The position numbers and the translations under genes were made by a program. The notes under the pieces were generated by a model, which was not told the DNA's origin, made no database searches, and saw only the letters and a program-made list of their open reading frames with translations. Shown piece by piece: positions 20,048-28,801 of a DNA stretch of 64,000 bases. The stretch covers positions 5,339 to 69,338 of the forward strand of contig JAQVPJ010000009.1 of the NCBI GenBank assembly GCA_028702135.1. Reading direction: 5' to 3'. This DNA is from Eubacteriales bacterium. Lineage in GTDB: Bacteria; Bacillota; Clostridia; Oscillospirales; CAG-382. Numbering within the stretch: position 1 is the first letter of the stretch; every line of letters begins with the position of its first letter.

Positions 20048-20743
20048 TTAACTGTCCTCCTTTTTTAAAATCTTCCCCTTAAATGCCGGTATTGACCCTA
20101 AAACGGGCAAATCATATCTGTCCATAAGATCTTTTACGGTTTTTACCCTTATATCGAGTATCTCGCGTAAAAGTGCGATGATATAAACCAAAATCATTCC
20201 GAATACAAAACCTATAACCGAATATATAACCGTCTTGTCACTCGAAAGACGCGCTTCCGTTGCGTCCTCTGTTGTCCAGCAGGAAACATCATAAGAGGAG
20301 CTGTTAAAATACATCGAAACCGATGATACTATAGCGGCGGTTATCGGCTGTGCGTATTCCTTGTCGGGACAACTGAAGTTTAACTTTATTATCTCAGTGT
20401 TCCCTACTGGTGAAAAGGTCGTCCATTCCCTCAACTGCTTGACGCTGTATTTTTTACTAATCGCATCGGGAAGCTCTTCATGTACGACCTTGAAAAAATT
20501 GTCCGAATTCAATATCTCTATATAGGTCGCGACAAGCTGCCTTGCAAGAGTCAGATCTGCAGTGGTATTTATATCACTCGTAGCCTCTGATTTTATTGTG
20601 AATTTTGACTCGGAATAATAGGTCGGTACAACAAAAAACTTGGAATAAGCATATGCGATACCAAAGAACAACACACCGCATGCGATAATCAATATCAGAT
20701 TGTTTTTTAGTATTTTAAACAGTTTTTCGTTAGTAATCTCCAT
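20048..20743 (-). CDS. Wzz/CpsC-type chain-length determinant (BY-kinase activator)
   Basis: Two TM helices flank an extracytoplasmic domain. It abuts the kinase gene with no gap (20047/20048), the classical CpsC-CpsD arrangement. Confidence 0.8.
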   Translation of the reverse strand: MEITNEKLFKILKNNLILIIACGVLFFGIAYAYSKFFVVPTYYSESKFTIKSEATSDINTTADLTLARQLVATYIEILNSDNFFKVVHEELPDAISKKYSVKQLREWTTFSPVGNTEIIKLNFSCPDKEYAQPITAAIVSSVSMYFNSSSYDVSCWTTEDATEARLSSDKTVIYSVIGFVFGMILVYIIALLREILDIRVKTVKDLMDRYDLPVLGSIPAFKGKILKKEDS

Positions 20744-20843
20744 CTTTTAACTCCTATAATTTATATCCATATCATTATATTCTTTGCTGCAGTCGTTGTC
20801 AATGTTTCATTTATATAAAATGTAAACATTCATTGAAGACAAT

Positions 20844-21878
20844 TTAATCATCAAGAAAAACAGTCCTTTTTTCCTCAGCTGATTTATATATGGCAAGAAT
20901 TATATCCACAGCTTTTCTTCCCTCTTCAAAATCAATCAGGGGTTTTGTTTTTGTTTTTATCGCTCTGATTACATCAGATATCTGGTTTCTGTGTTCGGCA
21001 GTGGATAACGCGGTAGGTGTTGCTGTGGAAGAAATAAACGACGGCTGCAAAACGATATCCTCATATTTGCTGTTGTCTATATCCCAGCGGACGATAGAGG
21101 TTTCCTCAAGGGCTATAGAACCCTTTTCACCGTTTATTTCAAGCCTTCTCGGGTAGCCCGGATAAACTGAGGTCGTAGCCTGTATTACACCTATCGCACC
21201 GCTTTTATACTCGACAACAGCCGATAAAGTATCCTCAACCTCAATTCTTCTGACAAGAGTTTTTGACAGTGCATAAACACTTTTTAGAGACCCTGCAAGA
21301 TATTGAATCAGATCAACGCCGTGTATACCCTGATTCATAAGCGCACCGCCGCCGTCTACCCTTTTCGTGCCTCGCCAGCTGCCGCTGTCATAATATTCCT
21401 GAGTGCGGTTATATTTCATATATATATCAGCACAGAGAATCCTGCCGAGCAGACCTTCTTCAATCGCCCGGCGCGTAATCGTTACTCCCCTTGAAAACCG
21501 GTTCTGCGATATGGATGATAAAATAATGTTGCTATCCCTGCAAGCGTCTTCAATGGAATCGAGCTGTTCCTTTGTAATCGCCATAGGCTTTTCGACAATA
21601 ATATGCTTTCCGGCTTTTGCCGCTTTTATTACAACCTCAGCATGGTAACCGCTCGGAGTACATATGTTTACAACATCGATTTCGCTTGAGGAGAGCATTT
21701 CCTCAAGAGTGGCAAAAACTCTTATCCCGTGTCTTTTAGAAAACTTCTCCGCCGCATCGTAAACGACATCGGTTACTCCGACCAGTATCGCCTCGTCTTG
21801 CAGCTCCATTATCGCATTTGCGTGGAAATCCGCAATCACACCGCAACCTATAATGCCAAATCTGATTTTTCTTTTCAT
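20844..21878 (-). CDS. Gfo/Idh/MocA family oxidoreductase
   Basis: N-terminal Rossmann motif (IRFGIIGCGVIA), EKP motif (IIVEKPMA), and a C-terminal alpha/beta domain. Start is ambiguous between 21878 and 21890. Confidence 0.85.
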   Translation of the reverse strand: MKRKIRFGIIGCGVIADFHANAIMELQDEAILVGVTDVVYDAAEKFSKRHGIRVFATLEEMLSSSEIDVVNICTPSGYHAEVVIKAAKAGKHIIVEKPMAITKEQLDSIEDACRDSNIILSSISQNRFSRGVTITRRAIEEGLLGRILCADIYMKYNRTQEYYDSGSWRGTKRVDGGGALMNQGIHGVDLIQYLAGSLKSVYALSKTLVRRIEVEDTLSAVVEYKSGAIGVIQATTSVYPGYPRRLEINGEKGSIALEETSIVRWDIDNSKYEDIVLQPSFISSTATPTALSTAEHRNQISDVIRAIKTKTKPLIDFEEGRKAVDIILAIYKSAEEKRTVFLDD

Positions 21879-22035
21879 AAATCCGACCATTCTTTGTTTC
21901 GTATTATTTTTTCTATATACGAATTGTAACAAAATTATGTTTCCGTGTCAACTTATTTGTTATATTTGGGGATTGACTTAACTTAGCAAATGATGTATAT
22001 TTATAACAAATTAAAAACCAGAAAGAGGAATGGAA

Positions 22036-23118
22036 ATGAATCGCGTGTATAATTTTTCTGCAGGTCCCTCCATGCTGCCCTTATCCGTGCTGGAAAAAGC
22101 AGCGAAGGAAATGACTGATTACAACGGCAGCGGTATGTCTGTAATGGAGATGAGTCATCGATCACCTGTGTACGAAGCAATTATCACCGCGGCAGAGAAG
22201 AATCTCCGTATTCTCATGAGCATACCCGAAAACTACAAGGTTTTATTTCTTCAGGGCGGTGCGACAACTCAGTTTTCCGCTGTTCCGCTGAACCTGATGA
22301 ACAAAAATAAAAAAGCGGATTATATCGTCAGCGGTCAGTTTTCTAAAAAAGCCGCCCAGGAAGCTGAAAGATACGGTGAAGTTAATGTAATCGCAAGCTC
22401 CAAGGATAAAAATTTCACTTACGTTCCGTATGTCGACAAGTTTTCACCGGATGCGGATTATGTGCATATATGTTTTAACAACACCATTTTCGGAACAAAG
22501 TATAATTATATACCCGACACGGGAAATATACCCCTCGTCGCTGATATGTCCTCGTGCATATTGTCCGAGCCGTTCGATGTTTCAAGGTTCGCACTTATTT
22601 ATGCCGGAGCACAGAAAAATATGGCACCTGCCGGTCTGACCGTCGTAATAGTACGGGAGGACTTAATAGGAAACGCCCGCCCCGAGACGCCGGTTATGCT
22701 CAACTATAAAATACAAGCAGAAAACAATTCGATGTATAATACCCCTCCGTGTTACCCGATTTATATCGCAGGATTGGTTTTTGAATGGCTCTTGATGATA
22801 GGAGGGCTTGAGGCAATGAATAAGATCAACGAAAAAAAAGCGGCGATTTTATATAATTACCTCGACAACTCAAAGCTCTTTAAGGCGACAGCTCAAAAGG
22901 AATTCCGATCGATAATGAATGTCTGCTTTATAACGGGTGACGAGGAACTCGACAAAAAGTTCTGTTCGGAGGCGAAAAAGGCCGGTTTGGAAAACATTAA
23001 GGGGCATCGTTCCGTTGGCGGAATGAGAGCATCTATTTATAATGCGATGCCGACCGAGGGCGTAGAGTCGCTTGTTAGCTTTATGGAGAAATTCGAATCG
23101 GAGTATAAACCGGTATAA
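22036..23118 (+). CDS. serC: Phosphoserine aminotransferase
   Basis: N-terminus is NFSAGPSMLP. Length and the remaining sequence match SerC. ATG 22036 lies 6 nt after AGAGGA. Confidence 0.92.
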   Translation: MNRVYNFSAGPSMLPLSVLEKAAKEMTDYNGSGMSVMEMSHRSPVYEAIITAAEKNLRILMSIPENYKVLFLQGGATTQFSAVPLNLMNKNKKADYIVSGQFSKKAAQEAERYGEVNVIASSKDKNFTYVPYVDKFSPDADYVHICFNNTIFGTKYNYIPDTGNIPLVADMSSCILSEPFDVSRFALIYAGAQKNMAPAGLTVVIVREDLIGNARPETPVMLNYKIQAENNSMYNTPPCYPIYIAGLVFEWLLMIGGLEAMNKINEKKAAILYNYLDNSKLFKATAQKEFRSIMNVCFITGDEELDKKFCSEAKKAGLENIKGHRSVGGMRASIYNAMPTEGVESLVSFMEKFESEYKPV

Positions 23119-23143
23119 AAAGCCGGTATGAAAGGACTATAAT

Positions 23144-24307
23144 ATGAAACAGATTCAATTACTTAATAAAATAGATAAAATAGGCACAGACGAGTTCGAT
23201 AGGGAAAAATACACTTTGTCCGAAACTGCGGAGAACCCATGCGGTATTCTTGTCCGCTCCTCTTCAATGCACGAGATGGATTTCGGAGATAATCTTCTTG
23301 CTATTGCAAGAGCGGGCGCAGGCGTGAACAACATACCGATTGAACGCTGTTCCGAAAAAGGTATAGTTGTGTTCAACTCTCCCGGAGCAAACGCAAACGG
23401 CGTAAAAGAGCTTACCATAGCGGCTCTGCTTATCTCCTCAAGGAACATTGTCGGGGGCATAAACTGGGCTAACGCCCAAAAGGGTCAGGCAGAAGTCGCA
23501 AAGCTGGTCGAAAAGGGCAAGTCTAAATTCGCAGGGCCGGAGCTGAGGGGAAAAACTCTTGGAGTTATCGGTCTCGGTGCGGTTGGCGGAATGGTGGCAA
23601 ACGCTGCTTACTCTTTAGGCATGGATGTTATAGGCTGTGACCCTTATCTTACCGTCAGCGCCGCCTGGTCACTCTCGAGGGCTATCATTCGTGCTGAGAA
23701 TTACGATGAGATTTACGCAAAAAGCGATTATATTACCATTCATGTTCCGTCTGTCGCTTCCACTAAAGGGCTTATAAACAAAGAGACTATTGCAAAGATG
23801 AAAGACGGCGTCCGCATCATAAACCTTTCAAGAGATGATATAGTCGATAATGCAGATATAATAGAGGCGTTAAAGAGCGGCAAGGTATCTTCTTATGTAA
23901 CGGATTTCCCGACAGAAGAGGTACTCGGCGTCGAGGGGATTATTGCTATACCCCATCTCGGTGCATCTACCCCGGAGTCTGAGGAGAACTGTGCATATAT
24001 GGCAGCGCAGCAGATGATCGACTATCTTGAAAACGGCAACATACGCAACAGCGTAAATTACCCTGAGATTGTTTTACCGCGTGTTACAAAAACAAGGGTT
24101 GTTGTGTTGCACAAGAATATACCGAATATGCTCGCTCAGATCTCAACCTCCCTATCGGCGGCAAATATAAATATCGAGAGCCTCCTCTCCCACGCAAAAG
24201 GCGACAATGCCGTTTCTCTTTACGAGACCAATGACGAGGTGGACTCCGGCATAATCGAAAAAATACTTTCAATCCCCGGCGTAAGAAGGGTCATGACAGT
24301 GCATTAA
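23144..24307 (+). CDS. serA: D-3-phosphoglycerate dehydrogenase
   Basis: 2-hydroxyacid dehydrogenase NAD motif (GVIGLGAVGG), catalytic region (PHLGAST), and a C-terminal ACT-like domain. It lies directly downstream of serC. Confidence 0.9.
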   Translation: MKQIQLLNKIDKIGTDEFDREKYTLSETAENPCGILVRSSSMHEMDFGDNLLAIARAGAGVNNIPIERCSEKGIVVFNSPGANANGVKELTIAALLISSRNIVGGINWANAQKGQAEVAKLVEKGKSKFAGPELRGKTLGVIGLGAVGGMVANAAYSLGMDVIGCDPYLTVSAAWSLSRAIIRAENYDEIYAKSDYITIHVPSVASTKGLINKETIAKMKDGVRIINLSRDDIVDNADIIEALKSGKVSSYVTDFPTEEVLGVEGIIAIPHLGASTPESEENCAYMAAQQMIDYLENGNIRNSVNYPEIVLPRVTKTRVVVLHKNIPNMLAQISTSLSAANINIESLLSHAKGDNAVSLYETNDEVDSGIIEKILSIPGVRRVMTVH

Positions 24308-24321
24308 CAATAACAAAATTA

Positions 24322-24358
24322 CTCACCGCAGGCGAATAACCTTGCGGTGAGCTTTTTT
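24322..24358 (+). terminator. Intrinsic terminator after serA
   Basis: Stem CTCACCGCA / TGCGGTGAG followed by TTTTTT. Confidence 0.8.
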
Positions 24359-24359
24359 A

Positions 24360-24788
24360 TTACATTTTTTTGTTGTACTTGAATATCAAGAAAAATTCTA
24401 TTATTTCACGCAGCAAAAAAACCCCGATGGCGACGCAAGTCAGCCATAACGGTGCTTCCGCTAAAATCGTAAGCATAAGCAGCAGGATGAAAAAAGGTTT
24501 TGTTATATCGGACGCTCTCGCTTTTGCCTTGTCTCTTATCATGATATTTCTTTCGTCCGATAATTCTATTTCGTTTTGCTTTTTAAGTTCGGGTTTTTTA
24601 TTATCAATAGCATTTATCGAGAGCATAGCGACGCTCATTCCGAATAATCCCGCTCCGATACCTATAGAAATTCCGGATAATATTTTTGATTCTTCATCCC
24701 CAAAAAAGATAAGACTCACGCAAATCAATATAATCCCGGCTATCATAGCAGCCGTATAGATAAGTTTGTTTCCACGCATATCAGTCAC
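24360..24788 (-). CDS. Small membrane protein co-transcribed with an XRE regulator
   Basis: Four predicted TM helices. Its start overlaps the stop of the upstream HTH gene by 4 nt. Confidence 0.65.
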   Translation of the reverse strand: MTDMRGNKLIYTAAMIAGIILICVSLIFFGDEESKILSGISIGIGAGLFGMSVAMLSINAIDNKKPELKKQNEIELSDERNIMIRDKAKARASDITKPFFILLLMLTILAEAPLWLTCVAIGVFLLREIIEFFLIFKYNKKM

Positions 24789-24979
24789 TCCTCGTATAAA
24801 AATATTTCTTCGATTTTCATATCAAAATAACGGGCTATTTTAAACGCTAAAACAATAGACGGGTTATATCTTCCGTTTTCAAGCGAGCCGATAGTCTGTC
24901 TTGACACTTCAAGCTCTTTTGCAAGCTCCTCCTGACGGATGCCCTTTGCTCTTCGTATTTCCTCTAACCTGTTTTTCAA
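24785..24979 (-). CDS. XRE family HTH transcriptional regulator
   Basis: 64-aa Cro/CI-type HTH protein (IRQEELAKELEVSRQTIGSLENGRYNPS). Confidence 0.9.
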   Translation of the reverse strand: MKNRLEEIRRAKGIRQEELAKELEVSRQTIGSLENGRYNPSIVLAFKIARYFDMKIEEIFLYEE

Positions 24980-25129
24980 AAAAAATCTCCCCCTAATAAA
25001 AAGCGGAAAGCACGCTTAACATTAACTATATCAAATAGTATATAAAATGTCAAGTATGCTTTCCATTTTTAAAACAGGTTTTAAAATAAATTTTTTTATA
25101 AAAAAATCGTTTGCTTCAAAACTTCAAAT

Positions 25130-26080
25130 TCAATTACTTTCCTTATTTTGATTTAATTCGCTCTCCAAAACATCAGCGAATTTTTGAATATGCGGTCCTA
25201 ATGCAGCAACCCAGTCCAATGTTTTTTTGTCCTGTTTGAACTTATTCGGGTTTTTGCGTATCTTAACAACCCTCTCCATTATCTTGATATCAGGGACGAG
25301 CTTATTTTCTATCACCCATTCTCCGGAGGCTGTTTTTGCGATTATATTCCCCGTTTTTAATGTATATAGGCAGCGGGCTATGTCAAGCATCCAGCCTGCA
25401 TTCGAAATATTTTTCTGCGTTGTCTGAGCGTTTTTCCTGACAGAATCATAAAGCCTTTTTATGTCTTCGGTCAGCTCCTCCCTGGTCGGATAAGCAAAAA
25501 GCTTTCTTCTGTCCTCGCCGCATGAAACCATTCCGTAATCCTTTAGCTCCGCCATAGAAAAGGCATCAAAGTAATAACTGTCGGTGATTTTCTGGCCGCT
25601 TGTTCCCCAATAGACCACCCTATCGGTTGTTTTGTTGATAAACGCTTCCTCTGTAAGAAAACCACCCTCAAATAAACGGAAATAAGAATTTCCGGGGTAT
25701 TCCGCCAAAAGAACCTGCCGCAGGTTTAAGAGCTTATTTGCCTGTTCATCCGTTATTGTGCTCTTACAGAGGCACAATATGTCGATATCACTCCACCCGA
25801 GCCTGAAGTCACCGAGCGATACAGAGCCGTATAAATATACGGATAACATATTTTCCCCTAATATATCTTTTATTCTTTTTATCATCAGGTCTATACTGCT
25901 CTGAAGATTGTTTATTTTTTCTATTTTGTTCTTTTCTCGTTTGATTCTCGTGTTTTCACGGATATAATCAGCTTCCAGTATCGCATTCCGAACCGCTGAT
26001 TTTATTATCGCATATAAGATCATTATCCAAAAAACACACAATATAATACTACCTAATACAATTGCTCCCGTTTCTGGCAA
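25130..26080 (-). CDS. Membrane-anchored nucleotidyltransferase (ANT(9)/AadA-like fold with DUF4111-like C-terminus)
   Basis: Pol-beta NTase motif (YLYGSVSLGDFRLGWSDIDIL) and a C-terminal helical region resembling adenylyltransferases (NAGWMLDIARCLYTLKTGNIIAKTASGEW). Start is set at TTG 26080, 7 nt after AAGGAGGG. An N-terminal TM helix is followed by a basic segment. Confidence 0.7.
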   Translation of the reverse strand: MPETGAIVLGSIILCVFWIMILYAIIKSAVRNAILEADYIRENTRIKREKNKIEKINNLQSSIDLMIKRIKDILGENMLSVYLYGSVSLGDFRLGWSDIDILCLCKSTITDEQANKLLNLRQVLLAEYPGNSYFRLFEGGFLTEEAFINKTTDRVVYWGTSGQKITDSYYFDAFSMAELKDYGMVSCGEDRRKLFAYPTREELTEDIKRLYDSVRKNAQTTQKNISNAGWMLDIARCLYTLKTGNIIAKTASGEWVIENKLVPDIKIMERVVKIRKNPNKFKQDKKTLDWVAALGPHIQKFADVLESELNQNKESN

Positions 26081-26293
26081 GAAACATCCCTCCTTTATCG
26101 GTAGTAATAGCATATCACAAAATTAATAATATTTCAACATTTATTTATATTGAAAATTTTTACTTTTACATGCAAATAACAACTACTTTTTACCTACAAA
26201 AAATCTGCTTTGCCTTGACAAACCTTCTTGTTGTGTGTTATCCTTTTCTTGTATTATGTAAAATGTAAGACAGTTGAAAAAGGGAGAAACCGT

Positions 26294-28801
26294 ATGGCAA
26301 AAATGATAGTTTTTGACGGAAACAGCATATTGAACCGTGCTTTTTACGGTATCCGTCCGCTTACGACCAAGGACGGTCTTCCGACAAATGCGGTGTTCGG
26401 TTTCGTAAATATTATTGAAAAGAGCATTTCCTCGCTTGGAGAAAAACCCGAATATGCTGTAATCGCCTTTGATATGAGGGCAAAAACCTTCCGGCACGCA
26501 GCCTGTGAAACCTACAAAGCGACAAGAAAGGGTATGCCTGAGGAGCTTGCGGCTCAGCTTCCGTACGCAAAAAAAGCGGCGGAGGGTTTGGGTCTTGTTT
26601 TAATTGAAAAAGAGGGCTACGAGGCGGACGATATACTCGGTACATTGTCCGAGATTGCAAAAGAACAGGGATGCGAATGTATTATTGTAACCGGTGACCG
26701 CGACAGTTTTCAGCTTGTCGGAAACGGCACGACCGTTCACCTTGCCGCCACCAACGAAACAAAAATTTATACAGAACAGACGATATTGGATACTTACGGC
26801 GTTAAACCGGCACAGTTAATTGATGTTAAAGCTATCATGGGTGACGCTTCCGATAATATAAAAGGAGTTGCCGGAATCGGCGAGAAGGGTGCGCTGAAGC
26901 TTATAAGCGATTATGCCGACCTTGACGGAGTTTACAGGAATATCGATGGGATAAAGGGTGCTTTAAAGGACAAGCTGATCGCGGGAAAAGAAAGTGCGAT
27001 ACAGTCCCGTTTTCTTGCGGAAATATGCAAAAAAGTACCGATTTCGCTTAATATTGACGATTATATTTACAAGGGCAAAGACAAAACCGCATTGTATGAG
27101 CTTTTTACGCGGCTTGAGTTCAGGCAGTTTATAGAACGCTTTTCACTTGCGGACGGAGAAGCCGCCTCGCAAAAAGTCGAATTCAGGGAAGTAGATATAG
27201 CAACGCTTGAAAAAACAGCGTCAAGAGGTATTCTGTACCTTGATATCAGGGACGGAAGAGTCCTTGCCTCCGACGGAAAAGAATACTTTTCGGCATATTT
27301 CGATGAAAAAGCGGGAATGCTTTTTGAAAACAAGAAAAATAAAATATGTGTCTGGTCCGTAAAAGAACTGTATCACCTGCTTAAAAAGATAAATATTGAG
27401 CCGATGTGTGAGTTTGAGGACCTTTCCCTGCTCGGATATGTGCTGTCCCCGTCTGATAGCGGTGTTTCCTTTGATAAACTCACAATGACGTATCTTAATA
27501 TCACGACTTCACAAACAGACGTTTCCCTGTTTGCACCTCTGCTTGATATAATGCTTATAAAGGCTGAGGAAAACCTTCAGATTCCACTCTACCGCGACCT
27601 TGAATTGCCGCTTGCTTTTGTACTTTCCCGTATGGAACACATCGGTTTTAAAGTCGATAAAAAAGGACTTGAGGATTATTCGGAAACACTCGGCGACTGG
27701 CAGACGAAAGCAGAACGCAGCATTTATTCCGAGGTGGGACACGAATTTAATATCAACTCCCCAAAGCAGCTCGGAACCGTGCTGTTTGAGGAACTACGGC
27801 TTCCGCACTACAAGAAAACAAAGAACGGTTACTCTACAAATGTCGAGGTGCTTGAAAAGCTGAGGTTATATATGCCTGAGGTAATAGAGCCGATATTATA
27901 TTACAGGCAGATTCAAAAGCTTAAAAGCACATATGCCGACGGACTTTTGAAGGTTATATCAGAGGATGGCAGAATTCATACCACTTTCAGGCAAACCCTG
28001 ACCATGACCGGCAGGCTATCCTCAGTCGAGCCTAATTTGCAGAATATACCCGTCAGGACCGAGCTTGGAAAGGAGTTCCGCAGATTTTTCATCGCAGAGG
28101 ACGGATGTGTGCTTATAGATGCCGACTATTCGCAGATTGAACTGCGTATTCTTGCTCATATCTCTGAGGATGATACGCTTATCAACGCTTTTTGGGAGGG
28201 ACATGACATTCACGCCCTGACCGCTTCCCGGGTTTTCGGTGTTCCGCTGAATATGGTTACCGATGAGATGCGCAAGCGCGCAAAGGCGGTAAACTTCGGT
28301 ATCGTTTACGGCATAGGCGGTTTCTCGCTTTCCGAGGACATAGGCGTTTCGCTAAAAGAGGCGAACAAATATATAGACAGCTATTTTGCCAAGTATCCCA
28401 AGGTCAAGGAATATATGGACTCCACTATTGAGAGTGCGAAAAAGGACGGTTATGTGACTACTCTGTTAGGCAGGCGGCGTTATATACCCGTAATATCCTC
28501 ACCAAAAGCAATGCTTCGCTCGTTCGGGGAGCGTGTTGCTATGAACACGCCGATTCAGGGAACTGCCGCAGATATAATAAAAAAGGCGATGATCGAAACC
28601 GAAAAAGCTCTGATCGACGCAGGACTTAAATCACGTCTGGTATTACAGATACACGACGAGTTGATTGTCGAATCCCCCGTTACAGAAGCGGACAGAGCAA
28701 AAGAAATTCTTGTTCGTTCAATGGAAAATGCGTACAAAATGAGAGTACCTTTATCTGTAGACGCGCATATAGGTAAAACTTGGTACGATGCGAAAATGTA
28801 A
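26294..28801 (+). CDS. polA: DNA polymerase I
   Basis: 5'-nuclease N-terminus (IVFDGNSILNRAFYG, VTGDRDSFQL). Pol A motifs are DYSQIELRILAH, RRRAKAVNFGIVYG-like, and QIHDELIVE. ATG 26294 sits behind an AAAGGGAGA RBS. Confidence 0.93.
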   Translation: MAKMIVFDGNSILNRAFYGIRPLTTKDGLPTNAVFGFVNIIEKSISSLGEKPEYAVIAFDMRAKTFRHAACETYKATRKGMPEELAAQLPYAKKAAEGLGLVLIEKEGYEADDILGTLSEIAKEQGCECIIVTGDRDSFQLVGNGTTVHLAATNETKIYTEQTILDTYGVKPAQLIDVKAIMGDASDNIKGVAGIGEKGALKLISDYADLDGVYRNIDGIKGALKDKLIAGKESAIQSRFLAEICKKVPISLNIDDYIYKGKDKTALYELFTRLEFRQFIERFSLADGEAASQKVEFREVDIATLEKTASRGILYLDIRDGRVLASDGKEYFSAYFDEKAGMLFENKKNKICVWSVKELYHLLKKINIEPMCEFEDLSLLGYVLSPSDSGVSFDKLTMTYLNITTSQTDVSLFAPLLDIMLIKAEENLQIPLYRDLELPLAFVLSRMEHIGFKVDKKGLEDYSETLGDWQTKAERSIYSEVGHEFNINSPKQLGTVLFEELRLPHYKKTKNGYSTNVEVLEKLRLYMPEVIEPILYYRQIQKLKSTYADGLLKVISEDGRIHTTFRQTLTMTGRLSSVEPNLQNIPVRTELGKEFRRFFIAEDGCVLIDADYSQIELRILAHISEDDTLINAFWEGHDIHALTASRVFGVPLNMVTDEMRKRAKAVNFGIVYGIGGFSLSEDIGVSLKEANKYIDSYFAKYPKVKEYMDSTIESAKKDGYVTTLLGRRRYIPVISSPKAMLRSFGERVAMNTPIQGTAADIIKKAMIETEKALIDAGLKSRLVLQIHDELIVESPVTEADRAKEILVRSMENAYKMRVPLSVDAHIGKTWYDAKM

